64,000 nucleotides of DNA from Eledone cirrhosa (GCA_964016885.1 OZ024740.1:63240001-63304000), one strand, 5' to 3'; positions 14,821-28,300 are shown, counted from the stretch's first letter. The notes: generated by a model not told the origin, from the sequence alone. Numbers and translations are program-made.

Positions 14821-15352
14821 AAACTGGCAACCCCACCAAGGTTTCTTGGTGAGGAGGGTGACTTTGGACATCCTGCAGGACTAAAATCAAAACCTGTCAA
14901 AGGGCAAAGGAGCTCTTAAGAATCAATGGCCATCCAAAATCACCGGGAGAGATGACCCCTTAGCCTTTGTCAAGGCAGAATTCTAGGAGAAGGAAAACTC
15001 TGATATAACACCTGCAACCCTGATGGTATCCAATGATGTTGACTTGTTCTTCTTTTTGGTAAATATCATCTTGGTTAAGAGAGTGGGACTGGCTTTGTGC
15101 AGTGCCTTTGCTCACTATAAAAGCTTCACGGCACAGGCATTGCTTTATATCGGAGTTCTCTCTGCACTTGTCGTCACATGGTACCATGGGCCCAGCACTA
15201 TGTGTCAATAATTGTCACAAGTGTAGTGTTTGTACCAGAGTTTTCAAGTCGCTGGCTGGACTAAAAAGTCACATTCGTCAGCGCATCGGTAGGGGTTCTC
15301 CTACATGGATATAAAGTAGTGGCCGTACTCGAAAACCAGTTGGCAGCCACCA
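14821..15352 (+). mobile_element. Bipartite RTE-derived non-autonomous element G with (ATGT)n tail
   Basis: RTE-like 5' UTR motif ctaggagaaggaaaactctga joined to a C2H2 remnant CSVCTRVFKSLAGLKSHIR and an (ATGT)n tail; copies at 29695 and 37757. Confidence 0.7.
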
Positions 15353-16186
15353 TGTATGTATGTATGTATGTATGTATGTATGTATGTATGTATGTATGTA
15401 TGTATGTATGTATGTATGTATGTGCATCTGTGTTTGTATATATGGTTGCATGTTTCTGTCTGTGTGTGTGCGCGCGTGTGTGTGTGTATGTATGTATGTA
15501 TGCATGCATGTATGTATGCATGTATGTATGTGCATCTGTGTTTGTATATATGGCTGCATGTTTCTGTGTGTATATATATGTATACATGCAAGTATGTATG
15601 TATGTATGCATGCATGTGTGTATGTATGTAGGTATGCATGCACGTGTCTATGTGCATCTATGTGTTTGCATATATGGTTGCATGTACAGACTCAAACAGA
15701 CACCCACAAACACATACATACACGACTACAAATAGAAACAAATCAATAAAAAGTGAGCACATGTTATTTACGCATATAATCACCACTGACTTTCAATAAT
15801 ACTATTTTATTATCTAATTATCTCTTGTCAGACAGAAATTATTTTCGATTTAATTTAATATATTTGAATAATATTTAAATTTCAATGTTTAAAAGTGTTT
15901 CGGGTTATATGATGATGGAATGTCATTAAATTATAAAATAAGTTTATTTGGAAAAGCAAAAAGTCAAAACAATGAGAAGTTGACAGAGGGAATTAGACAA
16001 GTATACGAAATAATGGGAAAGTGAGTAAGTGAGAGGAAGAGAGAGAGGGGGAGAGTGAGGGAGAGAGAGAGAATGAGAGAGTGAAAGCTATGGAACTGCC
16101 GGAGGAAAATGAACTTAGGAAAAGTAGCGTTCATAGACATCACAACTGATGTTGTATCTATGTGTGCTCGTAACATTTATATATAC

Positions 16187-16263
<77 letters not shown>

Positions 16264-16269
<6 letters not shown>

Positions 16270-16765
16270 TTGGAGCTCTGAAATAGCAATATATATATGG
16301 ATGTATATATAATGTATTTTGCAATACACTTTATGCTTAATTAAAAGCATTTTGAAGACCGTAAGCTATTGGTTTTTAGAGTAGTGACAAATTCGCTTAC
16401 TTTGATCTCGGCAAACAGGGGAGATAAGCCGACAAGGCCTTGTTTCGCTATTTCAGAGCTCCAATTCTAATTTTTAATTTCTGCCTGACCAACAACCGCT
16501 CTGCATAATCAGCTCCTGATTATTTACTAGAATTCTATAAGAATATAACATCAGTGATCTCGGTAGACAGGCGGGGTAGTTGGCCTTGATAAGCTTCAAC
16601 AAAAGCGAAACAAGGCCTTCTCGGCTTATCTCGCCTGTTTGCAGAGATCAAAGTAAGTGAATTTGTCACTACTCTAAAAAACAATAGCTTACGGTCTTCA
16701 AAATGCTTTTAATTAAGCATAAAGTGTATTGCAAAATACATTATATATACATCCATATATATATA
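16264..16765 (+). mobile_element. Non-coding hammerhead mini-element H (~320-nt monomer plus inverted copy) in (TA)n
   Basis: 16264-16448 is the reverse complement of 16605-16760 continued by 16447-16470. Confidence 0.8.
16582..16626 (+). ncRNA. Variant hammerhead ribozyme (UUGAUAA core)
   Basis: ggcc TTGATAA GCTT caacaa AAGC GAAAC AAGGCCTT cTC ggct; the inverted copy retains GTC (palindrome ACAAGGCCTTGT). Confidence 0.75.
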
Positions 16766-16767
16766 TA

Positions 16768-16848
<81 letters not shown>

Positions 16849-16975
16849 AGGAGGTGAGTTTCATTGTAGTACAATAAAGCAATGCAGATATCGGATAAGT
16901 AGCACTCTACAGTTTGTAGGACTGGAGTATAAATAATGTATAAGATCAAAAGATGGTTAAAAGAGTTCCATGTAT

Positions 16976-17040
16976 TTTATTATGCGCATTTCAAAAACAA
17001 ATATCATCATGCGATGACATTTGCGTTTTCGTCAGATAAA
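16976..17040 (-). ncRNA. Hammerhead ribozyme with long stem II
   Basis: Reverse complement: tttat CTGACGA AAACGCAAATGTCATC gcat GATGATATTTGTTTTT GAAA TGCGCA TA ataaa. Confidence 0.88.
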
Positions 17041-17329
17041 ATAGGGAGACATGATATGAAGGTTAAAAAACACTTGTGAATAGTGCAGTTTTAAATCAAC
17101 ATATGAAAAGTAGTTTTAGATTGATGTGTGATATTGGGAAAAAAATTGAGGGGGGGGGGGGTGAAAAAGAGGAGATGAGAGTAAAGAGTGGAGGGGGAGG
17201 AGTATAATAAGGAAGGATGAGATAGGAGGAGAGATGGGTGATAGAGAGAGAGATAGCTTTTATAACTGAGAAAAATATATTGTTTTACATAGAGAGGTTA
17301 AAAAACCGTTGGATGATAATATATACTTT

Positions 17330-18377
<1,048 letters not shown>

Positions 18378-18390
18378 CGTATGTATAAAC

Positions 18391-18798
18391 ATCACCAGAG
18401 GACGTTAGACCTCCGGTGTCCTAAAAACGTATTTATTTGGAAATACAAAATATTTATACATATTGTATAAAGCTATGATTGGAACAAAATCCTATTTCTT
18501 TTTTATTATAAGTTGAGCCAACTTATGCAGCTTCATATGCAAATGAGATTAATCACCTCATTTACACACGAGAAAAATATATATTCTCGGCTGTCTTCTA
18601 GTCCAGCAGTCGCAAGCGATGGGAGGGACCGTCCTGACGAAGGCCAGTTAAGCCTGAACTGCATAGACGGTTGTCCCCCTTGCTTCTGCTAGATATCACC
18701 AGAGGGCGTTAGCCACCCGGTGTTTGCATAGCTACGGCTTTCTAAAACCGTATTTCTTTGGAGATACGAAATATTTATACAAATTATATAAAGCTATG
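18391..18798 (+). mobile_element. Hammerhead mini-element L (~310-nt monomer)
   Basis: Direct repeat 18391-18477 / 18695-18798; related fragment inverted at ~24645-24705. Confidence 0.75.
18628..18671 (+). ncRNA. Hammerhead ribozyme (element L)
   Basis: accgtc CTGACGA AGGC cagttaa GCCT GAAc TGCA TA gacggt; 6-bp stem I; one core substitution. Confidence 0.8.
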
Positions 18799-18993
18799 CT
18801 CAACAAGAAGTTTACTTAGTTGTGGTGATCAGTATTTTGAGAATTTTATTGGGTGTCAACTGTAATTAAAATCGAGTACCGTGGCATACTGCGGTTTTTA
18901 GACACATGGACTAATGAAACATCTGTTAATACTTGAAATGAATATTATACACACACGCACACGCAAACGCGCGCACACACACACACATACACA

Positions 18994-19058
<65 letters not shown>

Positions 19059-19177
19059 TAATAAGAGGAATTCCAACTTTGTCTGATTTACTCGTTTTAT
19101 TTACAATCCTTTAAAATATATATAATATGGTATTATAATGAAATAGTATGATAGAATATTAAATTCTAAGTGTTAAT

Positions 19178-19216
19178 TGAACAAGTACTTTCATGCTTTC
19201 GCAATCTTCAGGTTCA
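19178..19216 (-). ncRNA. pLTR minimal hammerhead ribozyme
   Basis: Reverse complement: tgaac CTGAAGA TTGC gaaa GCAT GAAA GTAC TT gttca. Confidence 0.88.
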
Positions 19217-19590
19217 TGAAATGTGGTGACAGTCGAGTTTGCAATTTTCAACTGTAATGAGATGGGTAAATTTACTACCTTTTATACATTTTATACAGAG
19301 AAAAGTGGCTCCAGAATGCAAAGCCCTGTAAACTGTATTTCGACCAATCAGTGTGTAGTTTCACTGAATTACTACAGCTGATTGGTTTAAGCGTCACGGC
19401 TGGTTGAGCATGCTAACGTCCAATAGTCATACCCAACGTATCAATTGTTTTGCTTTTTGAAATGATGAAAATAGCATTTTCTATTAATCATCACCATCAA
19501 CATCACTTTTATTATTATTATTATTGTTGTTGTTATTGTTGTTAGTGGTCGTGGTCATAGTGGTAGTAGAAGTAATACCCCTAGGCGTTA

Positions 19591-21917
19591 TTATTGTTCA
19601 TTTAGCTTGGGTTTGAATTTATCAATAAAATTCTTTTCTTTGATTTTTCTCTTGATTTCACTTGGGCTGTGTAATTTGTAGAATGGGAATATTATAAATA
19701 TTCCCTGACCACATGTTGCCAGGTGGCCGCTTAGGGGTATCTGACGGACATTTGGGTCTCTGATTTGTTGACGGTGTACCCGTGCACGTTCCGATAGTGC
19801 ATTTCCAGTTTGACCGACATATAGTTCTTCACAATTCGGGCATTTAATGCAGTAAATTAGATTTCTGCTTTTGCAGTTCATATTTGCATTTGGGAATATT
19901 TTTCCAGTTTTTGTTCTCATATATTGACCGACGTGTATGGATTGACATGTGCCGCATCGATTATCATTGCATTTAGATACAGTGAATGATTGGTCTTTGT
20001 TGTTAAGGTCAAACTTTGCTTTTGTTAGCAATTGCTTCAAATTTTTTGGCTGTCTTTTACTAAGAGTCAAAGATCGATCTGTGATTAAGCCTTTTAATTC
20101 ATTACTTTGAGCAATGATCGGTAGGTTTGCTTTGGCAGTGTTGAATATATTCTGGTGACATGGGTTGTGTGTCATTATAAATGGTATGACCAGTTCTTGG
20201 TTTCTTCTTCCTTGGGTTGTTCTAAGTTGTTGTATAGGTATTTTTATAGCCCGCTGTATGCCATTTTCTGTAAGTAGAGATGGGTATTTTTGTTTGAGCA
20301 AAAGTTCTCTTAGTTCTGTTAGGCGTTTGTACCTGGTATTCGTATCTTCTACAATGGTACAAATTCTTCTGGCTAGGCAGTATGGGATGTTGCGTTTTGT
20401 ATGAGGTGGATGGCACGACTTAAAATTCAGATATTGATGGGTGTCTGTGTGTTTATAATATATATCCGTGGTAATGGTGGTGTCGTTTTTGATTATCATT
20501 ATATCTAGGAATGGTAATTTGGTCCTACTCATCTCTTTTGTGAATTGGAGAGATGGGTGTAGGTTATTCAGGAGGATATTGAACTCATCCAGAGTATCTA
20601 GAGATTCTGTCCAGATGATGAAACAGTCGTCAAGGTATCTCTTCCAAGATTTTTCAATGTACTTTCTAAAGTCAGTACTATATTTTTCCTCTATTTCTTG
20701 GTAGAGTTGTTGTTCTAAGTATCCCATTACAGAGTTCGCGTAAACGGGAGCAAACTTCGTTCCCATCGCTGTGCCTCTAATTTGGATGTAATTCTTTCCA
20801 TTGAAGAAGAAAGTGTTGTTTTCCAGAATAAGTTTAACTGCGTCTAATATAAATGGCGCTGTGAATCTAATGGGAATCACTTCTCTATGTTTTTCCACCC
20901 AGTATTTAACCGCCTTTATTCCTAAATCATGTGTAATGTTGGTGTAAAGGCTTACCACATCAAAACTGAGTAGAAGTGAATTCGTTTCCGTGGTTTTGGT
21001 AAGATGGGACAGGAAGTCGATATCATCCCGGATGAAACTGGGTATGTGAATACATAGTGGTTTCAAAATAATGTCAACAAAATTGCTTAGACGGTGAGTG
21101 GGGCATGTTGGACCAGCTATAATAGGTCTAAGTTTTAAGTCTTTTGGGCGTAATATTTTATGTACTCACTGTTTTGTTCTCTTACTGCCAGTTGTATTTC
21201 TCTTGACTTGTGAACTTTCGGTAGGCCATACAGGTTGCTGGGTTTTGACTCAAAATTGGTGATGTAGTCTCTTTCCTTATCAGTAAATGAGTTGTGGTAT
21301 TTTGAAGCCAGGTTGTTGATCTTCTTCATGATGTTGTGGTCTATATTTGACGGTATTTTATGATAGAATGTTGTGTCTTTCAGTTGTTCCTCAACCAAAT
21401 CCTTGTAGTATTCAGTATCCATTATAACAACTGCACCCCCTTTATCTGCTTGTTTAATTATTATTGTTTTATCATTTTGTATACGTTTAAGTGCAGACAT
21501 TTCTGATTTGTTAATGTTTGGCCTAACATTAGTATTATGTCTAAGAGGAAATTTAGACAGGATGTCAATGTATTGGTCGAGATAAATATTTCTTCCTTTT
21601 GGCGGAGTGAAATTTGATTTATTCTTTACTAGTGATTCATCACTCTCATTATTTTTATCAGCGAAGAATTCTACAAGACGTAATTTTCGACAGAATTCTT
21701 GGGTATCCTCCTTCAGTTCTTGGTGGTTGACTGTTGGAGTCGGTGTGAATTTCAGTCCTTTTGACAGAATTTGCATTTCATCATTGTCAAGATCTCTTTT
21801 AGATAAATTAATTATTTTAGGAACTACGTGTACAGCTGTTTTGGGTATGCTTCCTCCTGGAGTTTTTCTTTTTCCGGTTTTTGTTGTCCTGACGTTAAAA
21901 AATGAATTTTTCTCTGT
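19591..21917 (-). CDS. PLE ORF2: reverse transcriptase + GIY-YIG endonuclease (one 1-bp frameshift at ~21158)
   Basis: IINLS..LSKGLKF, ADKGG, YGLPKVHK, RPII, FDVVSLYT, GTAMG, RYLDD, Cys linker, IYCIKC..YVGQT..R..H; ORFs 21135-21776 and 19591-21066 join if one A is added to an A4 run. Confidence 0.92.
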
Positions 21918-23173
21918 TCAGGATTTATATTCCTGTTGGTGTTCGCTTGATGAACTTTTGGTCGTGATATTATATTTGGTTTCGTTATGTATTTTGTCCT
22001 ATTTTTGGTATTCTGTATATTATTTTTCTTCCTGTTAGCATTATTTTTAACAATCTGGGAAAATGACCTAGGTTTGCTTTCAGGTTTAGATCGTTTTTTC
22101 GTCCAGTTTCTTGTGGGCAATCTCTGTTGAGATCTTGAGAGTGATCTGGTTATTCTACGTTTTGTTTCCACATTCCTTGTTGGTAGTCTCTGTTGAGATC
22201 TTGAGAATGATCTCCTGGTTTTACTACTTCTCATGGTCTGGTCAAAGGAATACCTATCGTGTTTGTGCTTTTTGTTCATGTTGTGTGCGATAGGGTGTTT
22301 TTGTAGAAAAAGCGAAGAGTTATTACCGTAGTTCTTCTTTGATTCAAAGTAAGGTGAGTGTTTGTGTTGGTACGTGTTCTGGCGTATGTTGTGTTGATGA
22401 GATTGTCCACTTTTAATGCTTTTTCTCAGGGTTCCAGAGTCTTTACCGTAATTTGCAGCATATTCATCGAGAAATAATTGTTTCTGCTGCCATACCTTTC
22501 TTGATTTGTTTTCTTCTTTTAAGATATCTCCGATCCATAGTTCTCGTAGTTTTTCAGCTATAATACCAGTCGTTAGCTTTGAAATTTCAACTTCAATTTG
22601 GTCATCAATAGCTTCATATTTGGCTTTGTAGCGGGATTGTTTACATTCAGAAATGAAGATGTCGGTCCTGAATTTTGTCAATGTAAGTTCCCATCGGAGT
22701 TTTGTTTCTTCTTCTGGTTCTCCTGCAATTTCTGTAATTAGGCATTTACGAGGGAGTATGGGTGCCGTTAGAGAGAGCCATTTCGAATGTGTTTCGACAT
22801 ATTTTTCGCCTCTGTATGCTTTCCAGAAATTTTGTTTTCTTATGTTAAGGAATTTTTTCCATGTCTTCCACATTTCTTTTCTTATTCGATGTGTTTTGTT
22901 TTCAAAATTTCTTTCGTTTATTTCTGACATCCAAGGGGGTTGTGGTAGGCTTTCTCTTGTATCTTTGATAACTGTTGGTATAATTTCAGCTAAATTCTTA
23001 ATTTCAGAGTTTATATGTTCAGTTATAAGTTTTCCGTCTGTAGATTGTTTTTCTATTTCCTTTAAAATAGAGGATTGTGTGTCCATCATCGTGATAAGTG
23101 TTGATAATTTCGATGATATCTCCTTTAGAATTCTTTCTGATTCTGTTGGTTTCATTTGTTGCTTTCCAGACAT
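21824..23173 (-). CDS. PLE ORF1, 449 aa, coiled-coil-like N-terminus and basic C-terminus, function unknown
   Basis: Uninterrupted 1350-nt ORF inside the pLTRs, overlapping the ORF2 frame by 94 nt. Confidence 0.8.
   Translation of the reverse strand: MSGKQQMKPTESERILKEISSKLSTLITMMDTQSSILKEIEKQSTDGKLITEHINSEIKNLAEIIPTVIKDTRESLPQPPWMSEINERNFENKTHRIRKEMWKTWKKFLNIRKQNFWKAYRGEKYVETHSKWLSLTAPILPRKCLITEIAGEPEEETKLRWELTLTKFRTDIFISECKQSRYKAKYEAIDDQIEVEISKLTTGIIAEKLRELWIGDILKEENKSRKVWQQKQLFLDEYAANYGKDSGTLRKSIKSGQSHQHNIRQNTYQHKHSPYFESKKNYGNNSSLFLQKHPIAHNMNKKHKHDRYSFDQTMRSSKTRRSFSRSQQRLPTRNVETKRRITRSLSRSQQRLPTRNWTKKRSKPESKPRSFSQIVKNNANRKKNNIQNTKNRTKYITKPNIISRPKVHQANTNRNINPEQRKIHFLTSGQQKPEKEKLQEEAYPKQLYT
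21896..21902 (-). promoter_or_regulatory. Putative -1 ribosomal frameshift slippery heptamer U_UUU_UUA
   Basis: ORF1 reads CAT TTT TTA; a -1 slip enters the ORF2 frame (TTT TTT AAC). Confidence 0.7.
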
Positions 23174-23379
23174 GTTGGCATATACACAATAGGAATATAT
23201 ATATAGATATAGATAGGTAAATATACACGGGTGTGTATGATTGTGTATAGAAGATTATATTAATAAGAGGAATTCCAACTTTGTCTGATTTACTCGTTTT
23301 ATTTACAATCCTTTAAAATATATATAATATGGTATTATAATGAAATATTATGATAGAATATTAAATTCTAAGTGTTAAT

Positions 23380-23418
23380 TGAACAAGTACTTTCATGCTT
23401 TCGCAATCTTCAGGTTCA
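23380..23418 (-). ncRNA. pLTR hammerhead ribozyme (5' copy)
   Basis: Identical to 19178-19216. Confidence 0.88.
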
Positions 23419-24024
23419 TGATATGTGGTGACAGTCGAGTTTGCAATTTTCAACTGTAATGAGATACCCCTAAGCGGCCACCTGGCAACATGTGGTCAGG
23501 GAATATTTATAATATTCCCTGGCAACATGTGGTCAGGGAATATTTATAATATTCCCATTCTACAAATTACACAGACCAAGTGAAATCAAGAGAAAAATCA
23601 AAGAAAAGAATTTTATTGATAAATTCAAACCCAAGCTAAATGAACAATAATAACGCCTAGGGGTATTACTTCTACTACCACTATGACCACGACCACTAAC
23701 AACAACAACAACAACAATAATAATAATAATAAAAGTGATGTTGATGGTGATGATTAATAGAAAATGCTATTTTCATCATTTCAAAAAGCAAAACAATTGA
23801 TACGTTGGGTATGACTATTGGACGTTAGCATGCTCAACCAGCCGTGACGCTTAAACCAATCAGCTGTAGTAATTCAGTGAAACTACACACTGATTGGTCG
23901 AAATACAGTTTACAGGGCTTTGCATTCTGGAGCCACTTTTCTCTGTATAAAATGTATAAAAGGTAGTAAATTTACCCATCTCATTACAGTTGAAAATTGC
24001 AAACTCGACTGTCACCACATTTCA

Positions 24025-24063
24025 TGAACCTGAAGATTGCGAAAGCATGAAAGTACTTGTTCA
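24025..24063 (+). ncRNA. pLTR hammerhead ribozyme (inverted copy)
   Basis: tgaac CTGAAGA TTGC gaaa GCAT GAAA GTAC TT gttca. Confidence 0.88.
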
Positions 24064-24243
24064 ATTAACACTTAGAATTTAATATTCTATCATACTATTT
24101 CATTATAATACCATATTATATATATTTTAAAGGATTGTAAGTAAAACGAGTAAATCAGACAAAGTTGGAATTCCTCTTATTAATATAATCTTCTATACAC
24201 AATCATACACACCCGTGTATATTTACCTATCTATATCTATATC

Positions 24244-24275
<32 letters not shown>

Positions 24276-24418
24276 TGCATGCATATATATAAGACCAGTG
24301 CTTTGAGAAAACAACATCATACTTCAGCACTGAGCTTATGAAAAAAAAAACGAATTTACAGAGGTAAATTTTATTCCATCATTATGTTTTTCTGTTTTTT
24401 TTTCTGTTCAAATTCTAG

Positions 24419-24475
24419 TTGTCTGATGAGGTCATAGCTGTTGTATAACGGTTATCACCGAAATATATATAATAG
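24419..24475 (+). ncRNA. Hammerhead ribozyme in a short element between TA tracts
   Basis: CTGATGA GGTcATAGCTGTT gtat AACGGTTATcACC GAAA TATATA TA. Confidence 0.82.
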
Positions 24476-24703
24476 TGAATATGAATAAACGAAGTTACTT
24501 TTTACCTGTTGACTTACATTTTCTGTTTTTAAATTACTCCGGAGTAAAGAGAGCCACTTCCGTACTTTGTCGAGTGGTCTACCCTGCATACTGAAGTGTC
24601 GGTAATTAACCAATACATATACGAATTGCTATTATATATTTATATATATAAATATTGCGTATCTCCAAAGCAATACGGTTTTAGGAAGCCGTAGCTATGC
24701 AAC

Positions 24704-24742
<39 letters not shown>

Positions 24743-24938
24743 TTAGGAAAAAGTATGACCCCGACGGCAGAGCTCAAGCCGTTTCGACGGCTATTTCTGA
24801 GTCCAGAAATAGCCGTCGAAACGGCTTGAGCTCTGCTGTCGGATCATACTTTTTCCTATTTCCCACTCTACTACCCTAAGTATTGAGTACTCTGGTGCGT
24901 TATGGTCCATCTGGTTCCTTACCATAATTCCTTTGTTA
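24743..24938 (+). mobile_element. Mini-element M (foldback); related copies at 25170-25298, 47540-47696 and 49270-49410
   Basis: ~55-bp inverted arms; shared gagtactctggtgcgttatggtcc block; GAAACGGC..GAGCTC..GCYGTC hammerhead-like half. Confidence 0.75.
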
Positions 24939-24954
24939 TATATATATATATATA

Positions 24955-25014
<60 letters not shown>

Positions 25015-25117
25015 TGTGTGTGTGGTGTGGTGTGTGTGTGTGTGTGTGTGTGTACGCAAAAGCACACACACAAACAACACTCACATATATATACATACAT
25101 GCACACATATACCTATG

Positions 25118-25168
<51 letters not shown>

Positions 25169-25399
25169 CAGAATGGACGCGGTAAAAACCAGTTAGACCA
25201 TAACCCACCAAAGTACTCGATACTTGGGGTAGTAGAGTGGTAATATGAAAGATTCGGGACTCCGACGGCGGAGCTCCTGCCGTTTCATCAGCTAGATCCG
25301 TGCATACATACACACCAACATACATACATACATACATACATACATACATACATACATACATACATACATACATACATACATACATACATACACACATAC

Positions 25400-28300
25400 A
25401 ATGGCGACCGTTGTGGTCAGTGTCCGATAATCGGACGTGTGTAATTACGGCTTACATGAAGGCAACATACCATATATTGGAAAAAGTTGAGCTACATTAC
25501 GCGGTAAGATTACATACAATAATTCTACATAAGTGTTTGAACTGTAAGTGTGTTGTAAAACACCTATTTATATGAACGATACATACACTTATGATATATG
25601 AACGATACATATACTTTAACATATAAATGCAACGTTGTTATATTACATTTATAAAGAAATATACAAGTAACGTTTTCGATTCAGAAACAAAAACATAAGT
25701 GTTTGAACTGTGAATATGTTGTGAATAAGTTGTAGAACACCTATTTATGTGAATGATACATAAACTTTAACATATAAATACAGCGTTGTTATATTATATT
25801 ACATTCATAAAGGAATATACTAAGTAACGGTTCTTTTTGTTCTCGATTCAAACGATTCAAGAACAACGTTTAAAACACAGTTGTAGAATTAAAAACTAAC
25901 TGAAAAGAAATATTACCCAAGCTGTGAATAACTTTAAATTTGATTCTGAGAGAACTTTGTCGAAACTTTTAAAGAAGATCATCGACTATTTTGAAAAATA
26001 AATACGAAATATTAGTGAATAGACGAACTCATCATGACAAAAAGTACAAGTCTCCTTCGACCAAATCGCAACTACAACCGTTGTATACAATGGAGCTACG
26101 AGCTTAACAAAGTATTATATGAAGCATACAAACAATCTGAACCCCAAAAGTTCGGTTTTATGCAAAGGCTAAAAACTTTATGGAACTTCAAACACCCAGA
26201 ATTAGACTTTTCTCCAAAGCATTTAAATGAACAGGCAAAACGTATCATTAGATGTAAATTGATACATCTAACGGAATTGAGTGATACTACAAATACAGCC
26301 CTTGTAGACAACTACCCCACCTCCACTGACAGACAAAGAGTATGGCCAGCTAAATCTAACAGTGAACAGCTCACCAACAATTTTGCTGAAATCCATCCCA
26401 CTTCCACTGAAGAACAGCGAGAAAGGTCAGCTAACTCTAGTAGTAATTGTCACCACATCAACAACGAGGCTGAAATTCATGACTCTACTGAACAAACAGA
26501 GCACCAAAAACTTGTGGACACCCTACAAGTGATATGGAACGATATGTTTCAAGAGATACACAGCCTTAATGTGAGTGACAGACCATACAACACCAGAATC
26601 AGTAAAGAACCCACTAAAGTGGAATTGGAAGCGGTGAACGAAATAGCTGGCAATTATCTGAAGGCTATACGATCTAAAGGTGTAGAAACAACATTTGAAA
26701 CGCTTAATGTTTTGTTATGTTTCAGCTGTCACATTGCTATCATATAACACACATCTAAAACCACGCAATCAAGATACAAACAGAAAGCCTGAACCAACGT
26801 GGATGCGAAATTTAAAAACCAAAATGTTGTCCCTGAGACGAAGTATCTCACACATCGCAGTCGTTATTAAATGCAATATAGAGAGCAACTTCACACGACA
26901 CCAGGAAGACCTAAAGAAAAAGTTAGAGAGACGATTTGGAGATACAAAATTTAAAACTTTGAACTCCAAATTACACCAGTTGAAACAACAACTCACAGCT
27001 ACAACAGAAAGACTAAAATATAAGTCAACAGCACATAAACGACAAGTGCTAAATAGATTGTTTGCCAGAGATCCTAAATCAGTTTATCGCAGCTTCGGTG
27101 GCAAAAGCTCAATCCCTGTAAACGACACCCCTTCAAAAGAACAGGTTGAGAGCTACTGGAGATCTGTATGGGAAACGGATGACGGATTCAACAGACAAGC
27201 TAATTGGCTAAAAGAACTGGAACAGGACTACTGCCAACATGTCCAGAGAAAACAATATGACATAGATGGGTCAATACTGGAAACAGCTCTACAGAGAATG
27301 TCGAATAGGAAATCGCCAGGCCCAGACCTCATTACAGGATACTGGTTGAAGAATTTCACTTTCTATCGGCAAGATCTCATACGGCTGTTTACAGAAACCA
27401 TTAAAGGCACACAAGAACTGCCCAGATGGTTATCAACTGCCACTACTCTCCTCATTCCCAAAAATAGACAAACCACCCTTGCTAAAAATTACCGCCCAAT
27501 AGCCTGCCAAAACATCATGTATAAATTATATACTGGGTGCCTTAACCTGTTCTTACAGGATCACTGTGCTACCAACAACATCATAACACATGAGCAAGCT
27601 GGTGGAAAGAGGGAGGTGTGGGGTTGCATAGATCACCTACTAACCAACAAAATGATTCAGGAAAAAACAACAAAGAATCGCAGAAACATGACTGTGGTGT
27701 GGCTGGACTATCAAAAAGCATTTGATAGTGTACCTCATGGGTGGATTATTAAGGCTTTACAGTTAGCTAAAGTCCCACAACCATTGGTAGCTGCTGTTGA
27801 ACGCCTGACCAAGAACTGGTACACCAATTTGATCCTTAGAGGTGAGAAGGAGCAAGTTAAGACTGATAAGATACATTACCAGAAGGGCATCTTTCAGGGT
27901 GATAGCTTGTCAGTGCTACTCTTCGTTCTCTCACTGAATCCACTGTCTTACCTACTCAGGAAACAAGGTGGACAAAGAAGTGGGCCCAGAAGTATCTCCC
28001 ATCTTTTCTTTGTTGATGACCTGAAGTTGTATGGGCCAAATATCAATGACATCAAGAAACAATTGGACCTCATTACACAATTTTCAACCGACATCAAAAT
28101 GAAATTTGGTGAGTCCAAGTGTGCATATTTGGCAGTAAAACGTGGAAGAGCTGTGCCCTCCTCTAGAAATCTAGAGATGAACGGCCTGACAATACAACCT
28201 CTGCAGTCAGGTGACAACTACAAATATCTTGGACAGGATTAGAATGTCAGATATGATGGACCCATAAATAAGGAGAGAACCAGAACTGAATACCTCAGAA

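Larger units (their letters stand above)
19056..24240 (-). mobile_element. Near-intact Penelope-like element (Neptune-like) with pLTRs and inverted 3' duplication, in (TA)n
   Basis: Direct repeats 19056-19263 / 23257-23465; 23466-24240 is an inverted copy of the 3' end; RT + GIY-YIG ORF; hammerhead in each pLTR. Confidence 0.95.

Noticed and set aside
21135-21160. Second programmed frameshift in the PLE RT
   Set aside because: It falls inside the conserved RT region at an A4 run with no slippery context; a 1-bp deletion or sequencing error
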